A stretch of 64,000 nt of DNA from positions 13,317 through 77,316 of the forward strand of contig DATGTS010000064.1 of NCBI GenBank assembly GCA_035301745.1, given 5' to 3'. The position numbers and the translations under genes were made by a program. Positions 40,681 through 51,347 of the stretch are shown here, in pieces (positions within the stretch are counted from its first letter, which is position 1; the number at the start of each line of letters is the position of its first letter). The notes beneath the pieces were generated by a model, which worked only from the letters and a program-made list of their open reading frames with translations, had not been told where the DNA came from and searched no databases. This stretch comes from Candidatus Avamphibacillus sp. (GTDB taxonomy: Bacteria > Bacillota > Bacilli > Bacillales > Amphibacillaceae).

Positions 40681-41301
40681 ATGAATAAAAAGTTTTCATC
40701 ATTATTACTGATTGTAACAGCACTTGTCTTAACTATTACTTTGGGATTACCTCAAGAAACTGTCTTTGCAGATATTGCAGATGGAACATATGAAATTAAT
40801 TATGAAATGAAAGAGGCTGGAAGTGAAAATACATCGATTGCGGACGGTTACTTTTCAAAACCTGCAACATTAACGGTTGAAAATGGTACCAAATATGTCC
40901 AATTGACTGTAACAAGCGCAAGCATGATTAAATCGCTAAGTGCGCCAAGTGGTCCAGTGGATGTAGTGAGTGATAATGGAGATACAAGAACTGTGAAATT
41001 TAGGGTTGACGGTGATTTATCTCAACCTGTCAATATGGAGATGCACATCGTTGTTCCAGACTTATACGACACAACACATACAGCTCGCGCGGTTTTTGAT
41101 ACGAGTGGTTTAGATGGCTCATCAGCAACAAATAAAGATTCTGATGATGGAGCAACTACAGCTGAAGGTAATGATTCCGAAAAAACGGAAGAAAACCCAC
41201 CAACAGGCGATAATTCGCAACTTGCTCTGTACGCTGTATTGTTGTTAGCCTCTGTGGGTGGAATTTTCGTAATCTGGAAAACACGCGCGGCACGTAATTA
41301 A
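40681..41301 (+). CDS. isdC: IsdC-like NEAT domain cell-wall protein
   Basis: Signal peptide, ADGTY..NY..SIADGYF.KPA NEAT start, sorting signal NPPTG + TM + basic tail. Confidence 0.85.
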   Translation: MNKKFSSLLLIVTALVLTITLGLPQETVFADIADGTYEINYEMKEAGSENTSIADGYFSKPATLTVENGTKYVQLTVTSASMIKSLSAPSGPVDVVSDNGDTRTVKFRVDGDLSQPVNMEMHIVVPDLYDTTHTARAVFDTSGLDGSSATNKDSDDGATTAEGNDSEKTEENPPTGDNSQLALYAVLLLASVGGIFVIWKTRAARN

Positions 41302-41329
41302 ATGAAATAATGGACAGGGAGAGAAGAAA

Positions 41330-43078
41330 ATGCAAAAAACGTTTAAGCTATTTTTAGCATTCATTGTTGCTTTATTCACATTACCAGTGTTTGGCAGCTC
41401 CGCTTTTGCAGCAGAAGCAGACGTAGAGTATCAAGATGGTGAATATAATATTATCGCTAAAGCTTTGCACGCAGATAAAGATGAACGATCTGGTGCAGCT
41501 GGCTTTATAAATGAGGAAGCAACACTTTCGATTCAAGATGGAAACTATGAATTGACAATAACAATTCCGGATAATGATATAGCGGAAATAAAAGGTATTC
41601 AAATTGAAGGTATTGAGCCAATAGTTGAAGAAGGCGATTCTGAAAAGCGTATGACATTTAGCTTATCTGGTTTGAAATCCGAATTACAAGCTGACGTTCA
41701 ATATATAGTTCCATCAATGGATAAGGATCATGATGTTCCATTCAGATTTATTTTAGAAGGTTTAGATGACATCCCAGTTAAAGAAGAAACTGAAGAGGGA
41801 TCAGAGGATTCTACTGAGCAAGATGATTCTGCAAGCGAAGATGCTAATTCAGAAGAAACTGATTCAGAAGAGGGATCAAACTCAGAAGAATCGAATCCAT
41901 CAGTTATTAACCTAAACGACGGGCACTATACCATAAATGCTTCTTATTTAAAAGCAGACAGTGATGATACATCTTCAATGGGAAGCTATTTGAATGATTC
42001 CGTATTCCTAACTGTTAAGGATGGTAAAGTGAATGCAACTATTACTATTAATGAAGATGAAACTGTAACAAAATTACAAGTAGATGGAAAAGAAGCTGTA
42101 GAACAAGTAGTCGATGGTGAAAAACGTTATGAAACATTTGAATTGAATCAATTAGATTCACTTTTAAATGCATACGTAGAATACCAAGCACCATTTCAAG
42201 GCTCTATATTTGAAGGTAATGCGGATTTTCGTATTTCTTTTGATGAAGGTTCTGTAGCTGAAGCCCAAAGCTCTGATAAACCTGGAGCTGATATTGAACA
42301 AAATGAAGAAAAGGAATCTGATTCATCAGAAGGTAAAGAAGAATCAAATCAAAATCAAAACAATGATAGTGAAAAAACAGATGAAAATAATAACAAATCT
42401 GAAACACCTAAAAAATCAAATCAACTTGTTCCAGATAAAGCCTATGAAATCGATTATATCGTGAAACACGAAACAGAAGATAAAGCTTCAGCAGCAGATA
42501 ACTTTTTTGAGAAGCCTGGCATTTTACTTGAAAAAGATGGTGCTTACTATCTTCAAGTGACAGTGACAAGCAGTGATATGATTGATTCCCTGGAAACTGA
42601 ATTTGGCCCGGCTATTATTGTTGAAGATAACGGTGATTCTAAGGTTGTTCAAATTAGAGTGAATGATGATTTATCTAAAGCAACTATCTTAGATATGCAT
42701 ATTACAGTACCAGGCATGTACAGCATGAATCACTCAGCACGTGTCTACCTCGATGAAAGCAGCATGAAAGAGGTCGACGTAGATAATTACGAACTTGTTG
42801 CAGGAACGGAAGAAAACTTAAATGGCCCACTTGTAGAAGGTGCTGACCCAGGTAATGCCTTAGATGATGATGGAAATAAAGATGGAAACACGAATGACGG
42901 CACACCTAACAAACCTGACTTCGGTGACAATGATGACAATGGTACAACGCCAGGTCAAGATGATGGGAAAGGTAAAAACCCTCAAACAGGGGACACAAGT
43001 GGCATTTTACTTTACACCTTGCTACTAATTGGTTCAATGATTCCATTGGCTGTTAAATTGAAAAGACGTTTTGTTTAA
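41330..43078 (+). CDS. multi-NEAT (three domains) sortase B-anchored surface protein
   Basis: Three NEAT-like repeats separated by acidic linkers; NPQTG sorting signal. Confidence 0.85.
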   Translation: MQKTFKLFLAFIVALFTLPVFGSSAFAAEADVEYQDGEYNIIAKALHADKDERSGAAGFINEEATLSIQDGNYELTITIPDNDIAEIKGIQIEGIEPIVEEGDSEKRMTFSLSGLKSELQADVQYIVPSMDKDHDVPFRFILEGLDDIPVKEETEEGSEDSTEQDDSASEDANSEETDSEEGSNSEESNPSVINLNDGHYTINASYLKADSDDTSSMGSYLNDSVFLTVKDGKVNATITINEDETVTKLQVDGKEAVEQVVDGEKRYETFELNQLDSLLNAYVEYQAPFQGSIFEGNADFRISFDEGSVAEAQSSDKPGADIEQNEEKESDSSEGKEESNQNQNNDSEKTDENNNKSETPKKSNQLVPDKAYEIDYIVKHETEDKASAADNFFEKPGILLEKDGAYYLQVTVTSSDMIDSLETEFGPAIIVEDNGDSKVVQIRVNDDLSKATILDMHITVPGMYSMNHSARVYLDESSMKEVDVDNYELVAGTEENLNGPLVEGADPGNALDDDGNKDGNTNDGTPNKPDFGDNDDNGTTPGQDDGKGKNPQTGDTSGILLYTLLLIGSMIPLAVKLKRRFV

Positions 43079-43197
43079 TAGTTAAATAGTATACGTCAAA
43101 CGAAAAAAGAGTCTTGCAGTTTTCGAGCTTGCAAGACTCCGTTTGATGTTTTAGACCATATGCGTAATAACCAATTTACAAAAGAGGTGAGTGCAAT

Positions 43198-44148
43198 ATG
43201 AAAAATAAATTATTGTCTTTACTTATTATTGTTTTTGGAATTTTATTTTTAGCTGGATGTGGGTCAGGGGACTCATCTGCTGAAAGCAAGTCTGCCGATG
43301 AAAAAAGTGATTCAACAGAAGAAACCACAGAGGAAACGACATCTGAAGAGTCGAAACTTGAAACAGATGGTGACATTATCGCCACAACTGTTGCTATCGT
43401 AGAAATTATGGACCGATTAGAACTTGATTTAGTGGGAGTTCCAACAAGTTATAAAGACTTACCGGAACGTTATAGTGACGCAACAGAAGTTGGTATGGCG
43501 ATGGACCCGGATATGGAAATTATTAAGTCACTCAAACCAACGGATGTGCTGTCTGTAACGACATTGCAAGAGGACTTGGAAGATTCGTTCGAAAAAACGG
43601 ATACTCCTGTTACTTTCGTCGATTTGGAAAGTGTAGAGGGAATGTATGATTCCATCCTAGCTCTTGGGGAGAAATATGATCGAACAGAACAAGCTGAAGA
43701 TATTGTAAACAGTTTTGAAGAAAAGTTATCTGAAACCGAGAAGAAGGTAGAAGGAAAAGAATCTCCAAAAGTTCTTATTTTATTAGGTGTACCTGGAAGT
43801 TACCTTGTTGCTACAGAGAATTCCTATATCGGTGATTTAGTTAGACGTGCAGGCGGAGAAAATGTTATCAAGGGAGAAGATGTTGAATATATTTCTTCGA
43901 ATACGGAACACCTGCAGCAAGCCAATCCAGACGTCATATTACGTGCAGCACATGGTATGCCAGATGAAGTCGTAGAAATGTTTGATAAGGAATTTGCGAC
44001 AAATGATATATGGAAACATTTCAAAGCTGTGCAAAATGACCGTGTTTATGACTTAGAAGAAACTCGCTTTGGAACAACAGCAAATTTAGCCGCACCTGAA
44101 GCTTTAGAGGAATTAGTGGATATGCTTTATTCAGAGGAAAGTAAATAA
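43198..44148 (+). CDS. isdE: heme ABC transporter substrate-binding lipoprotein IsdE
   Basis: Lipobox LAGC; VGMAMDPDME and AAHG heme-ligand motifs. Confidence 0.9.
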   Translation: MKNKLLSLLIIVFGILFLAGCGSGDSSAESKSADEKSDSTEETTEETTSEESKLETDGDIIATTVAIVEIMDRLELDLVGVPTSYKDLPERYSDATEVGMAMDPDMEIIKSLKPTDVLSVTTLQEDLEDSFEKTDTPVTFVDLESVEGMYDSILALGEKYDRTEQAEDIVNSFEEKLSETEKKVEGKESPKVLILLGVPGSYLVATENSYIGDLVRRAGGENVIKGEDVEYISSNTEHLQQANPDVILRAAHGMPDEVVEMFDKEFATNDIWKHFKAVQNDRVYDLEETRFGTTANLAAPEALEELVDMLYSEESK

Positions 44149-44204
44149 GGAAAAAGTTCCAATGTAACTTAAGGTAAATTTTCTACTTGTAAAGAGGTAT
44201 TTAT

Positions 44205-45188
44205 ATGATGAAAAAGGTATTGAGTTTTATTGCAGTAATCGGCTTACTTCTATTCGTGACAATTTATTCGGCTATAACAGGAAGTATCGAAGTATCAGCT
44301 GTCGAACTGATTAAAGGTTTATTTACAGGTACGAACGAAAATGTGGAGATCATTAAAGATTTACGTTTGCCAAGGATTATTATTTCATTATTTGCTGGGG
44401 CAGCTCTAGCAGTTTCTGGTGTCCTTCTACAGGCAGTGATGCGTAACCCTCTCGCTGAACCTGGAATTATCGGAGTATCTTCAGGTGCAGGTTTTCTATC
44501 ATTATTAATCATCTCCTTTTTTCCATCGTTATTCTTTTATACTCCTTTATTTGCCTTTCTCGGTGGTTCGTTAGCCTTTATGCTTGTGTACCTGCTTTCA
44601 TGGAAGTCAGGACTTGACCCATTGCGCATGATTTTAATAGGGGTGGCGATTAATGCGGTATTTACGGGTTTAAGTGAGCTTATAAGTGCTCAATCCGCGA
44701 GTAGTATGATGTCAAGTATATCTGTTACATCGTCTACCTTATCTATGAAAACATGGGATGACGTAGAAGTTATTGTACTTTATGGCTCTATTGGTCTTAT
44801 TCTTGCTCTTTTAGTTTTTGCTTGGTGTAATCACTTATCTTTAAAAGACCATACATTAAAAAACTTAGGTTTTAATGCGAACCGTGCCAGGCTGATTATT
44901 TCGATGATAGCTGTTTTACTAGCTTCGATTGCTACTGCTATTGCAGGAATGTTTGCCTTTGTAGGATTACTTATCCCACATATTGGTCGGGCATTGGTAG
45001 GAACCAATCATAAAGTACTTATTCCGTTTTCAATGATAGCTGGGGCTTTATTAATTGTTACTGCTGATACGTTAGGACGAACGATTATCGCTCCAATTGA
45101 AATCCCAGCATCCATCATTATGGCCATCATTGGTGGTCCGTTCTTAATATTCTTGCTAAGAAAGAGTGATCGTATTTATGGAAATTAA
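44205..45188 (+). CDS. isdF: FecCD-family heme ABC permease (IsdF-like)
   Basis: RLPRII, RNPLAEPGIIGVSSGA, FVGLLIPH. Confidence 0.85.
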   Translation: MMKKVLSFIAVIGLLLFVTIYSAITGSIEVSAVELIKGLFTGTNENVEIIKDLRLPRIIISLFAGAALAVSGVLLQAVMRNPLAEPGIIGVSSGAGFLSLLIISFFPSLFFYTPLFAFLGGSLAFMLVYLLSWKSGLDPLRMILIGVAINAVFTGLSELISAQSASSMMSSISVTSSTLSMKTWDDVEVIVLYGSIGLILALLVFAWCNHLSLKDHTLKNLGFNANRARLIISMIAVLLASIATAIAGMFAFVGLLIPHIGRALVGTNHKVLIPFSMIAGALLIVTADTLGRTIIAPIEIPASIIMAIIGGPFLIFLLRKSDRIYGN

Positions 45189-45948
45189 GAATATAACTTT
45201 TGCCTACCAGGATAAAATTACCCGACTCCATGATGTGAATACATCGATTAAAAAAGGCGAGATTACCACGATTATTGGGCCGAATGGTTCTGGAAAGTCA
45301 ACCCTTCTAGGTGTTATGACAAATAATCATCAGCCACAACAAGGACAAATTTTACTTGATGGAAAACGGATCAACCAATATAAGCCAAAAGATCTTGCGA
45401 AAACACTTGGAGTTGTGCATCAGCAAAACACTGCTCCTTCCGATATGACTGTTGAAAAACTCACGCAATATGGTAGATTACCATACAAAGGTACTTTTTC
45501 ACCTATGTCAGATGAAGATGAAAAAATGATCGAATGGGCGCTTCGTTCCACAGGACTTTATGAAAGGCGACACATGACGATTGATACATTGTCTGGTGGA
45601 CAGCAGCAGCGTGTTTGGATTTCGATGGCACTTGCACAGGACACACCTTATTTATTTTTAGATGAACCAACATCTAACTTAGATATTTATTTTCAGTACG
45701 AAATTTTGGAACTGGTGAAGAAACTGAATGAAGAGCATAATTTAACGATTGTGATGGTTTTACATGATATTAACCAGGCGATTCAATATAGTGATACAAT
45801 TATAGCAATGAAGCAAGGAAAAGTAATAAAAAGAGGAAATCCAAAACAAATCGTAACGAAAGAATTGATTCATGATGTTTATGGTGTACATGTTGTCGTG
45901 AAACGTGACGCGGAACTTGGTATGTATATTGTTCCAACAGGAATTTAA
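45178..45948 (+). CDS. iron-complex ABC ATP-binding protein
   Basis: GPNGSGKST, LSGGQQQR, LDEPT. Confidence 0.93.
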   Translation: MEIKNITFAYQDKITRLHDVNTSIKKGEITTIIGPNGSGKSTLLGVMTNNHQPQQGQILLDGKRINQYKPKDLAKTLGVVHQQNTAPSDMTVEKLTQYGRLPYKGTFSPMSDEDEKMIEWALRSTGLYERRHMTIDTLSGGQQQRVWISMALAQDTPYLFLDEPTSNLDIYFQYEILELVKKLNEEHNLTIVMVLHDINQAIQYSDTIIAMKQGKVIKRGNPKQIVTKELIHDVYGVHVVVKRDAELGMYIVPTGI

Positions 45949-46007
45949 TTGCCATAGACTTCAGTATATATCGAAATGTTTGTATCTTGTTTGAAATTTG
46001 AGGTGGC

Positions 46008-46793
46008 ATGATGATGAAAGAAAGACGAAAATCTATAAAAAGCTTATTCTCAAAACTTGTGTCAATTGTTTGTTTAGCCGTATTTATTTTTGCTGCACAT
46101 GGATTATTTGATATCTTTATGGACTATTATCAAAATCGTAAGATGCTAAGTAATGTCCAGGATACATTTTATAATGCGGTAGCTGCAGAAGAAGATAGTC
46201 AAAATGAACAAAACGATGATTCGAAATCTATACGCCCAGGATTTGAGGAGTTGTTAAAACAAAATTCGGATGTTGTCGGCTGGATTACCATTGGCGGAAC
46301 TCAAATTGATTATCCCATCTTACAGTCTAGCAATAATGAATATTATTTGACGAACAATTATAATCAAGCAGATTCTCGAGCTGGAAGCATTTTTCTAGAT
46401 TATCGTAATGATGTTGGTTCATCTGATTTAAATACAGTGGTTTATGGACACCGAATGAAAGATGGTTCGATGTTTCAGCATTTAACCAAATTTTTAAATA
46501 AAGATTTTTTTGAAGCACACCGGACTTTCGAATTTGATACATTATATGATAGTTATGAAGCGGAAATTTTTGCGGTATATAATACATTGACAGATTTTAA
46601 TTATATTAAAACAGATTTTGCGAATGAACTGGAATACGCAGAGTTTCTAGCAGATGTAAAAGAAGCATCTAAATTTGAAACAGATGTGGAGTTGAGCACG
46701 GATGATCGCATAATCACACTTTCTACATGTGATTATGAATTGGACCAAGAGGAAGGACGTCTAGTTGTCCAAGCAAAACTTGTTAAAAAGTAA
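46008..46793 (+). CDS. srtB: class B sortase
   Basis: N-terminal TM, YGHRMKDGSMF, TLSTC; in operon with NPxTG substrates. Confidence 0.93.
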   Translation: MMMKERRKSIKSLFSKLVSIVCLAVFIFAAHGLFDIFMDYYQNRKMLSNVQDTFYNAVAAEEDSQNEQNDDSKSIRPGFEELLKQNSDVVGWITIGGTQIDYPILQSSNNEYYLTNNYNQADSRAGSIFLDYRNDVGSSDLNTVVYGHRMKDGSMFQHLTKFLNKDFFEAHRTFEFDTLYDSYEAEIFAVYNTLTDFNYIKTDFANELEYAEFLADVKEASKFETDVELSTDDRIITLSTCDYELDQEEGRLVVQAKLVKK

Positions 46794-47263
46794 TAGATGA
46801 ATAAAGAGACTTTATTTTAAACACCAGTATCAATAGTGTTATTAACGTACTATTGATGCTGGTATTTTTTCATTGTACGTTCATCACATAATCTCTTTTC
46901 TTGAATATAGTATAAATGACTAATTTTTAGGAGGAATACGATGGAAGGAGTGAAAAGTAATCAAGACATCTTGCCAGACATGAGTTAGTGTCTACTGGTC
47001 GAAGGCACTATGTTGGTAAAATTCATGATAATGCTTGTGAAAAATTTATCGTGAGGGATGAATGCTATAAAGAAAAAAACTTCACGAATTAATCACACAG
47101 CCCTTTATGCTTAAAAAGAATTATCCTAGATTGATTCTTATGCTAAATGATGGACATCTATAAATTGAATATTCTATTTTTATAAATCATTTAACTTAGA
47201 TTTATTGTTGACTTAGCCCTATTAAAGAGCATAGCTTAGATGCTCGAGAGAAAGTCTAAAAAG

Positions 47264-47293
47264 AAAACCACAGAGACGTATATCTCTGTGGTT
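47264..47293 (-). terminator. intrinsic terminator of yidC2
   Basis: AAACCACAGAGA...TCTCTGTGGTTT. Confidence 0.75.
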
Positions 47294-47307
47294 TATATCA
47301 TAAGAGT

Positions 47308-48123
47308 TTAAACTGTTTCATTTTTTTGATCTTGTTCTCGTTTGTGTGTCAGGTAGATTTTCTTAGAAATCAATGTTTGGAAAATGATGAACAATCCTCC
47401 AACAGCCCAGTACAATGGTAAGGCAGCTGGTGCATTTAGGGAAATAATTCCGATCATCACTGGAGAAATAATACCCATTAAAGCCATTTGTTTACGTTGG
47501 GCCTCATCAAGTCCTATTAAAGTCACTCTTGATTGGATGAAATAAATAGCGACAGCCAAAATGGTCAGTAGTATATCCGTGCTTCCGAGATTAAACCATA
47601 AAAAATTGTGGGCCGCTATTTCTGGTGTTCGACGAATAGCATGGTAAAAGGCAATTAGTATTGGCATTTGAACGAGCAGTGGTAGACAACCAGAAAATGA
47701 GGCTAGTGGATTAAAATGATGCTGTTGATAAAGCTTCATTAATTCTTGCTGCATTTCGTTTTTGGACTGCACATCATTTTTATCTTTATACTTCTTTTGA
47801 ATGGCTTCCATTTCTGGTTTGATGATTTTCATTTTATCTTGTACTTCAAGACTGTTTCGTGTTTGTTTGATCATAAACGGCATGATTGCCAATCTAATGA
47901 TTAACGTAATGATGATAATAGAAAAACCGTAACTTCCATTTAAAAATGAGGCAAGCCATTTAATGAGAAGTGAGAAATGATATACAAAATAGTAATCAAA
48001 CCAGCCCGTTGCATTTTCGTCAATAGGTTCATTGATCCCAGAACATCCAGCTAGTAATAAAATTAAAATAATCCCGATAAAACTATATTTTTTAAAGAAT
48101 GTGAATACAGACGACTTTTCCAA
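47308..48123 (-). CDS. yidC: membrane protein insertase YidC2 (lipoprotein type)
   Basis: Lipobox LAGC; GCLPLLVQMPILIAFY; LPLYW. Confidence 0.93.
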   Translation of the reverse strand: MEKSSVFTFFKKYSFIGIILILLLAGCSGINEPIDENATGWFDYYFVYHFSLLIKWLASFLNGSYGFSIIIITLIIRLAIMPFMIKQTRNSLEVQDKMKIIKPEMEAIQKKYKDKNDVQSKNEMQQELMKLYQQHHFNPLASFSGCLPLLVQMPILIAFYHAIRRTPEIAAHNFLWFNLGSTDILLTILAVAIYFIQSRVTLIGLDEAQRKQMALMGIISPVMIGIISLNAPAALPLYWAVGGLFIIFQTLISKKIYLTHKREQDQKNETV

Positions 48124-48446
48124 AGTTTTCCTCCTCTAATTTCTTTTATTTGGTTGAAAGAAGAGAAGGAATCATCGTCACGATCATCATCAGGCGATTC
48201 TATTCGTTTCATTTTATGGATTAGCCAAGATCTAATATCTTTATTTATCACAATTGGTTCTTGAATTAAAGCTCTTTCCACTCGGAAAGTGTATGTTTGT
48301 CTTATATGGAGGCGATGATACTTTCTAAATCTGCCCATATCCATATTGATTAGTTGAACAGCCCCAACCATAGACCAAAGGATTCCTATATACATATAGA
48401 GTGGGGAAGAGTTACTGAGAATGTCACCTATGAATTCGAAAATCAT
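48063..48446 (-). CDS. mifM: MifM-like ribosome-arrest leader peptide
   Basis: N-terminal TM; IRSWLIHKMKRIESPDDDRDDD resembles the B. subtilis MifM arrest region; directly upstream of yidC2 with an SD-sequestering hairpin. Confidence 0.7.
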   Translation of the reverse strand: MIFEFIGDILSNSSPLYMYIGILWSMVGAVQLINMDMGRFRKYHRLHIRQTYTFRVERALIQEPIVINKDIRSWLIHKMKRIESPDDDRDDDSFSSFNQIKEIRGGKLWKSRLYSHSLKNIVLSGLF

Positions 48447-48663
48447 CTGTATTCACCTCCTTGTTAGCTAGTTTGCGTATACAATTTCATTATACATGAT
48501 AGAGAATAGTAGAGAAAGGCTTTTAACGAAGTATATTGGAGAGATATGCCGCTCCTCTTATGAATATCCTCAGCATCACTCTCAAGAAAGATTTACTGTG
48601 GCGATGAAAAAGACACTCCCTTTTCTTTATGGAAGAGGAGTGCCTTATAATCTCAAGTTGTGA

Positions 48664-50037
48664 TTATTGAGGGTTAATGATAATTTCTACGCGACGGTTT
48701 CTCTCTTGGCCATCTGAGTCATCATTGGAAGTAATCGGTTTAGTTTCACCAAATCCTTCTACGTGTACATTTAATGTATCAATATCACCATTTTCTTGAA
48801 TGTATTCCCACACGGCTTCTGCACGTTCTTCAGATAAGTTTAAGTTGTAATCAGGATCACCTTGATTATCTGTATGGCCATTGATATGGATTGGAGTATC
48901 TGTTTCTAGGTTTTCTAATTCTATAATGATGTCATCCAGTGTTTCCATCGCTTCTTTTTTTAAGGTGCTATCGTCAAAATCAAAAAGTAAATCATCTGGA
49001 ACTTGCATTTTCACTTCTTCTTCCTTGAATGTTAAATCGACTTCTTCTGGTGGATTAATTTCTGGAACATCAATTGGCACGTTTAGAACAACTCCTTTCA
49101 CGTCACCATCTTTAACAACAAGATCTCCTTCGAAATTTTCCCCTTTTTCACCATATAGATCGACGACATCCTCCCAGGAATTTCGATTAGGCTCATAGAC
49201 GATAGGCATATACATCCCTGGCCTTAATGAGTGATATGGGACTTTCAATTTAAAGCTTCCATCAGGATTGATGCGCGTAAATCCGTGTGAAAAAGGCTCA
49301 ATACCTCCATCTGCAAATCGTAAATTCCCACCAATCTGTGCACCTTCCATCAAATTGCTTCGACCAGTGAAATAAAGATAGTTGTGGTCATTATCCACTT
49401 CAGCCTCCATCCAAACTTCGGGATTACCGAAATCATCTGGTTTCTCACCCCAATTAGGAATTTCGATGTCATAAGAATATGGAAGTTCTTTATTAACATC
49501 AATATTGAGGTCCACACGTACTTCAAATTCTCCATGTGTATCTGTCATGTAAACTTGTGATCCAGTCACATTTTCAAGATTTTCACCATAATGTTCGTCT
49601 ATTTCGTCTGAAGAGTTGCTTAGTTTAAGTGTGACTTTTCTGTTTTTACTTTTTCCAGGAAATTCGAATAAAAATGTACCATCATCATTTACAGTTGCAG
49701 AGTCGATAAAATCTGCATCAGCAAAGGTTGACGATTGTCCGCTTGACATAATTTTAGAACCTGGTAGTAAATTACTTTCCCCTTCGATTCGAATTCGATC
49801 TTCTTCCACTGTGACTTTTCCACCAATCATGACTTCAAGATTACCTAGCGTTGTTTTGTCATTTTCCTTTTTATCTTCTTCCCCTATCTCTTTATCTTTT
49901 TCATCAGTCATTTGTTGCTCTTTTCCATTTGTATCGTTTTCGTTTTCTTCTTTAGCGTTAGAGGCTTCATCATCTGTACATGCTACTAATATGAAAAAGA
50001 CGAATAGAAGAATACTGATTGATAAGCTTTTTCTCAT
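48664..50037 (-). CDS. lipoprotein with C-terminal OmpA/MotB-like peptidoglycan-binding domain
   Basis: Lipobox LVAC; LLFDFD, GHTD..G...YNLNLSEERA, RNRRVEI. Confidence 0.88.
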   Translation of the reverse strand: MRKSLSISILLFVFFILVACTDDEASNAKEENENDTNGKEQQMTDEKDKEIGEEDKKENDKTTLGNLEVMIGGKVTVEEDRIRIEGESNLLPGSKIMSSGQSSTFADADFIDSATVNDDGTFLFEFPGKSKNRKVTLKLSNSSDEIDEHYGENLENVTGSQVYMTDTHGEFEVRVDLNIDVNKELPYSYDIEIPNWGEKPDDFGNPEVWMEAEVDNDHNYLYFTGRSNLMEGAQIGGNLRFADGGIEPFSHGFTRINPDGSFKLKVPYHSLRPGMYMPIVYEPNRNSWEDVVDLYGEKGENFEGDLVVKDGDVKGVVLNVPIDVPEINPPEEVDLTFKEEEVKMQVPDDLLFDFDDSTLKKEAMETLDDIIIELENLETDTPIHINGHTDNQGDPDYNLNLSEERAEAVWEYIQENGDIDTLNVHVEGFGETKPITSNDDSDGQERNRRVEIIINPQ

Positions 50038-50378
50038 TATTAACCCTCCCAACAAAATAAAACTTAAGATTAAAGAAATAAGTGATAGTCTCTGACATGA
50101 TTAAAAAATTTAACTGTTTGATATACTATTTATTTTACTGAAATTTTTTTTGATATATATAGTGCTAAAGACTTATTTGTCAGCCGGTCAGAATATATTC
50201 TACTGGAGTCTTCCTAAAGGGAATGGGAAGCTAAAAATTGGCTATAAGATATTATAGTTAACAATCTATAGTTATATTGCTAAAATAGTTTTTAAATTAA
50301 AATAAATTTTATGAAAAAGTAATAAAACGGCGATTTCACAAATGAAATTAATTTATATAGATAGAAAGCAGGGGTTAG

Positions 50379-51326
50379 ATGAAAAATGAACAATCGGTAG
50401 CAATTTACTTATGGCTTTTACTCGTTCCTTTTTTCTGGGGTGGAGCGTTTGTTGCGGCGGAACATCTTGTAACGGAACTACCACCAATTACTGCAGCAAC
50501 TTTGCGGTTTGGTCTTGCGGGCGTCATATTAATGATTATTGTGTTTATCCAAGGAAAGTTTGACATCGGTTCCGTAAAGAAACAATGGCTTCCATTATTG
50601 CTCATGGCAATAACCGGTATATTCGGTTATAATCTTTTTTTCTTCATTGGTTTAAATCTGACTTCAGCCATCAATGGATCACTTATTGTAGCAACTTCTC
50701 CCGTTTTGTTGACACTTGGAGCGGTAATCTTTTTAAATGAACGTTGGAATAAAGAACTTGGCTTAGGTCTTGTGCTGTCTTTGATTGGTGTTACGATTGT
50801 AATCTCAGAAGGCTCACTCGATATACTAACGAGCTTAGCTTTTAACAAGGGAGATCTTCTTTTTCTTGGCGGCCTTATTTGCTGGGTAGCTCACGGCTTA
50901 CTTGGAAAAGTCGCGATGCGTGACGTTTCTCCGATTGTCACAACAATGATGACGACGTTTATTGGTGCCGCTTTGCTTGGAGTATGTTCCATTTTTGAAA
51001 AAGGTTGGGGAGGTGTTCCTCAATTGTCACTCCAAGCATGGGGTGAAATGGCGTTTATGGTTATTTGCTCTTCAGTTATTGGCTTTTTACTTTGGAATGA
51101 TGGAATAAAACAAATTGGCGCTAGTAAATCAAGTATTTATATGAATTTGGTGCCTATTAATACGGCTTTAATTGCTGTCTTTATTTACGGCTCTTCACTT
51201 ACAATTCCACAAATATTTGGTATGATAATGGTACTTGCAGGTGTTTATTTAGTAACATTTCATCAATATGTAAAAAATAAGCGACTGGAACGAAAAGTAA
51301 AAATGAAACAAGTAGTTAATAAATAG
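50379..51326 (+). CDS. DMT/EamA family transporter
   Basis: FWGGAF, about ten TMs, two EamA repeats. Confidence 0.9.
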   Translation: MKNEQSVAIYLWLLLVPFFWGGAFVAAEHLVTELPPITAATLRFGLAGVILMIIVFIQGKFDIGSVKKQWLPLLLMAITGIFGYNLFFFIGLNLTSAINGSLIVATSPVLLTLGAVIFLNERWNKELGLGLVLSLIGVTIVISEGSLDILTSLAFNKGDLLFLGGLICWVAHGLLGKVAMRDVSPIVTTMMTTFIGAALLGVCSIFEKGWGGVPQLSLQAWGEMAFMVICSSVIGFLLWNDGIKQIGASKSSIYMNLVPINTALIAVFIYGSSLTIPQIFGMIMVLAGVYLVTFHQYVKNKRLERKVKMKQVVNK

Positions 51327-51347
51327 ATGATGGGACGTGTTAAAACC

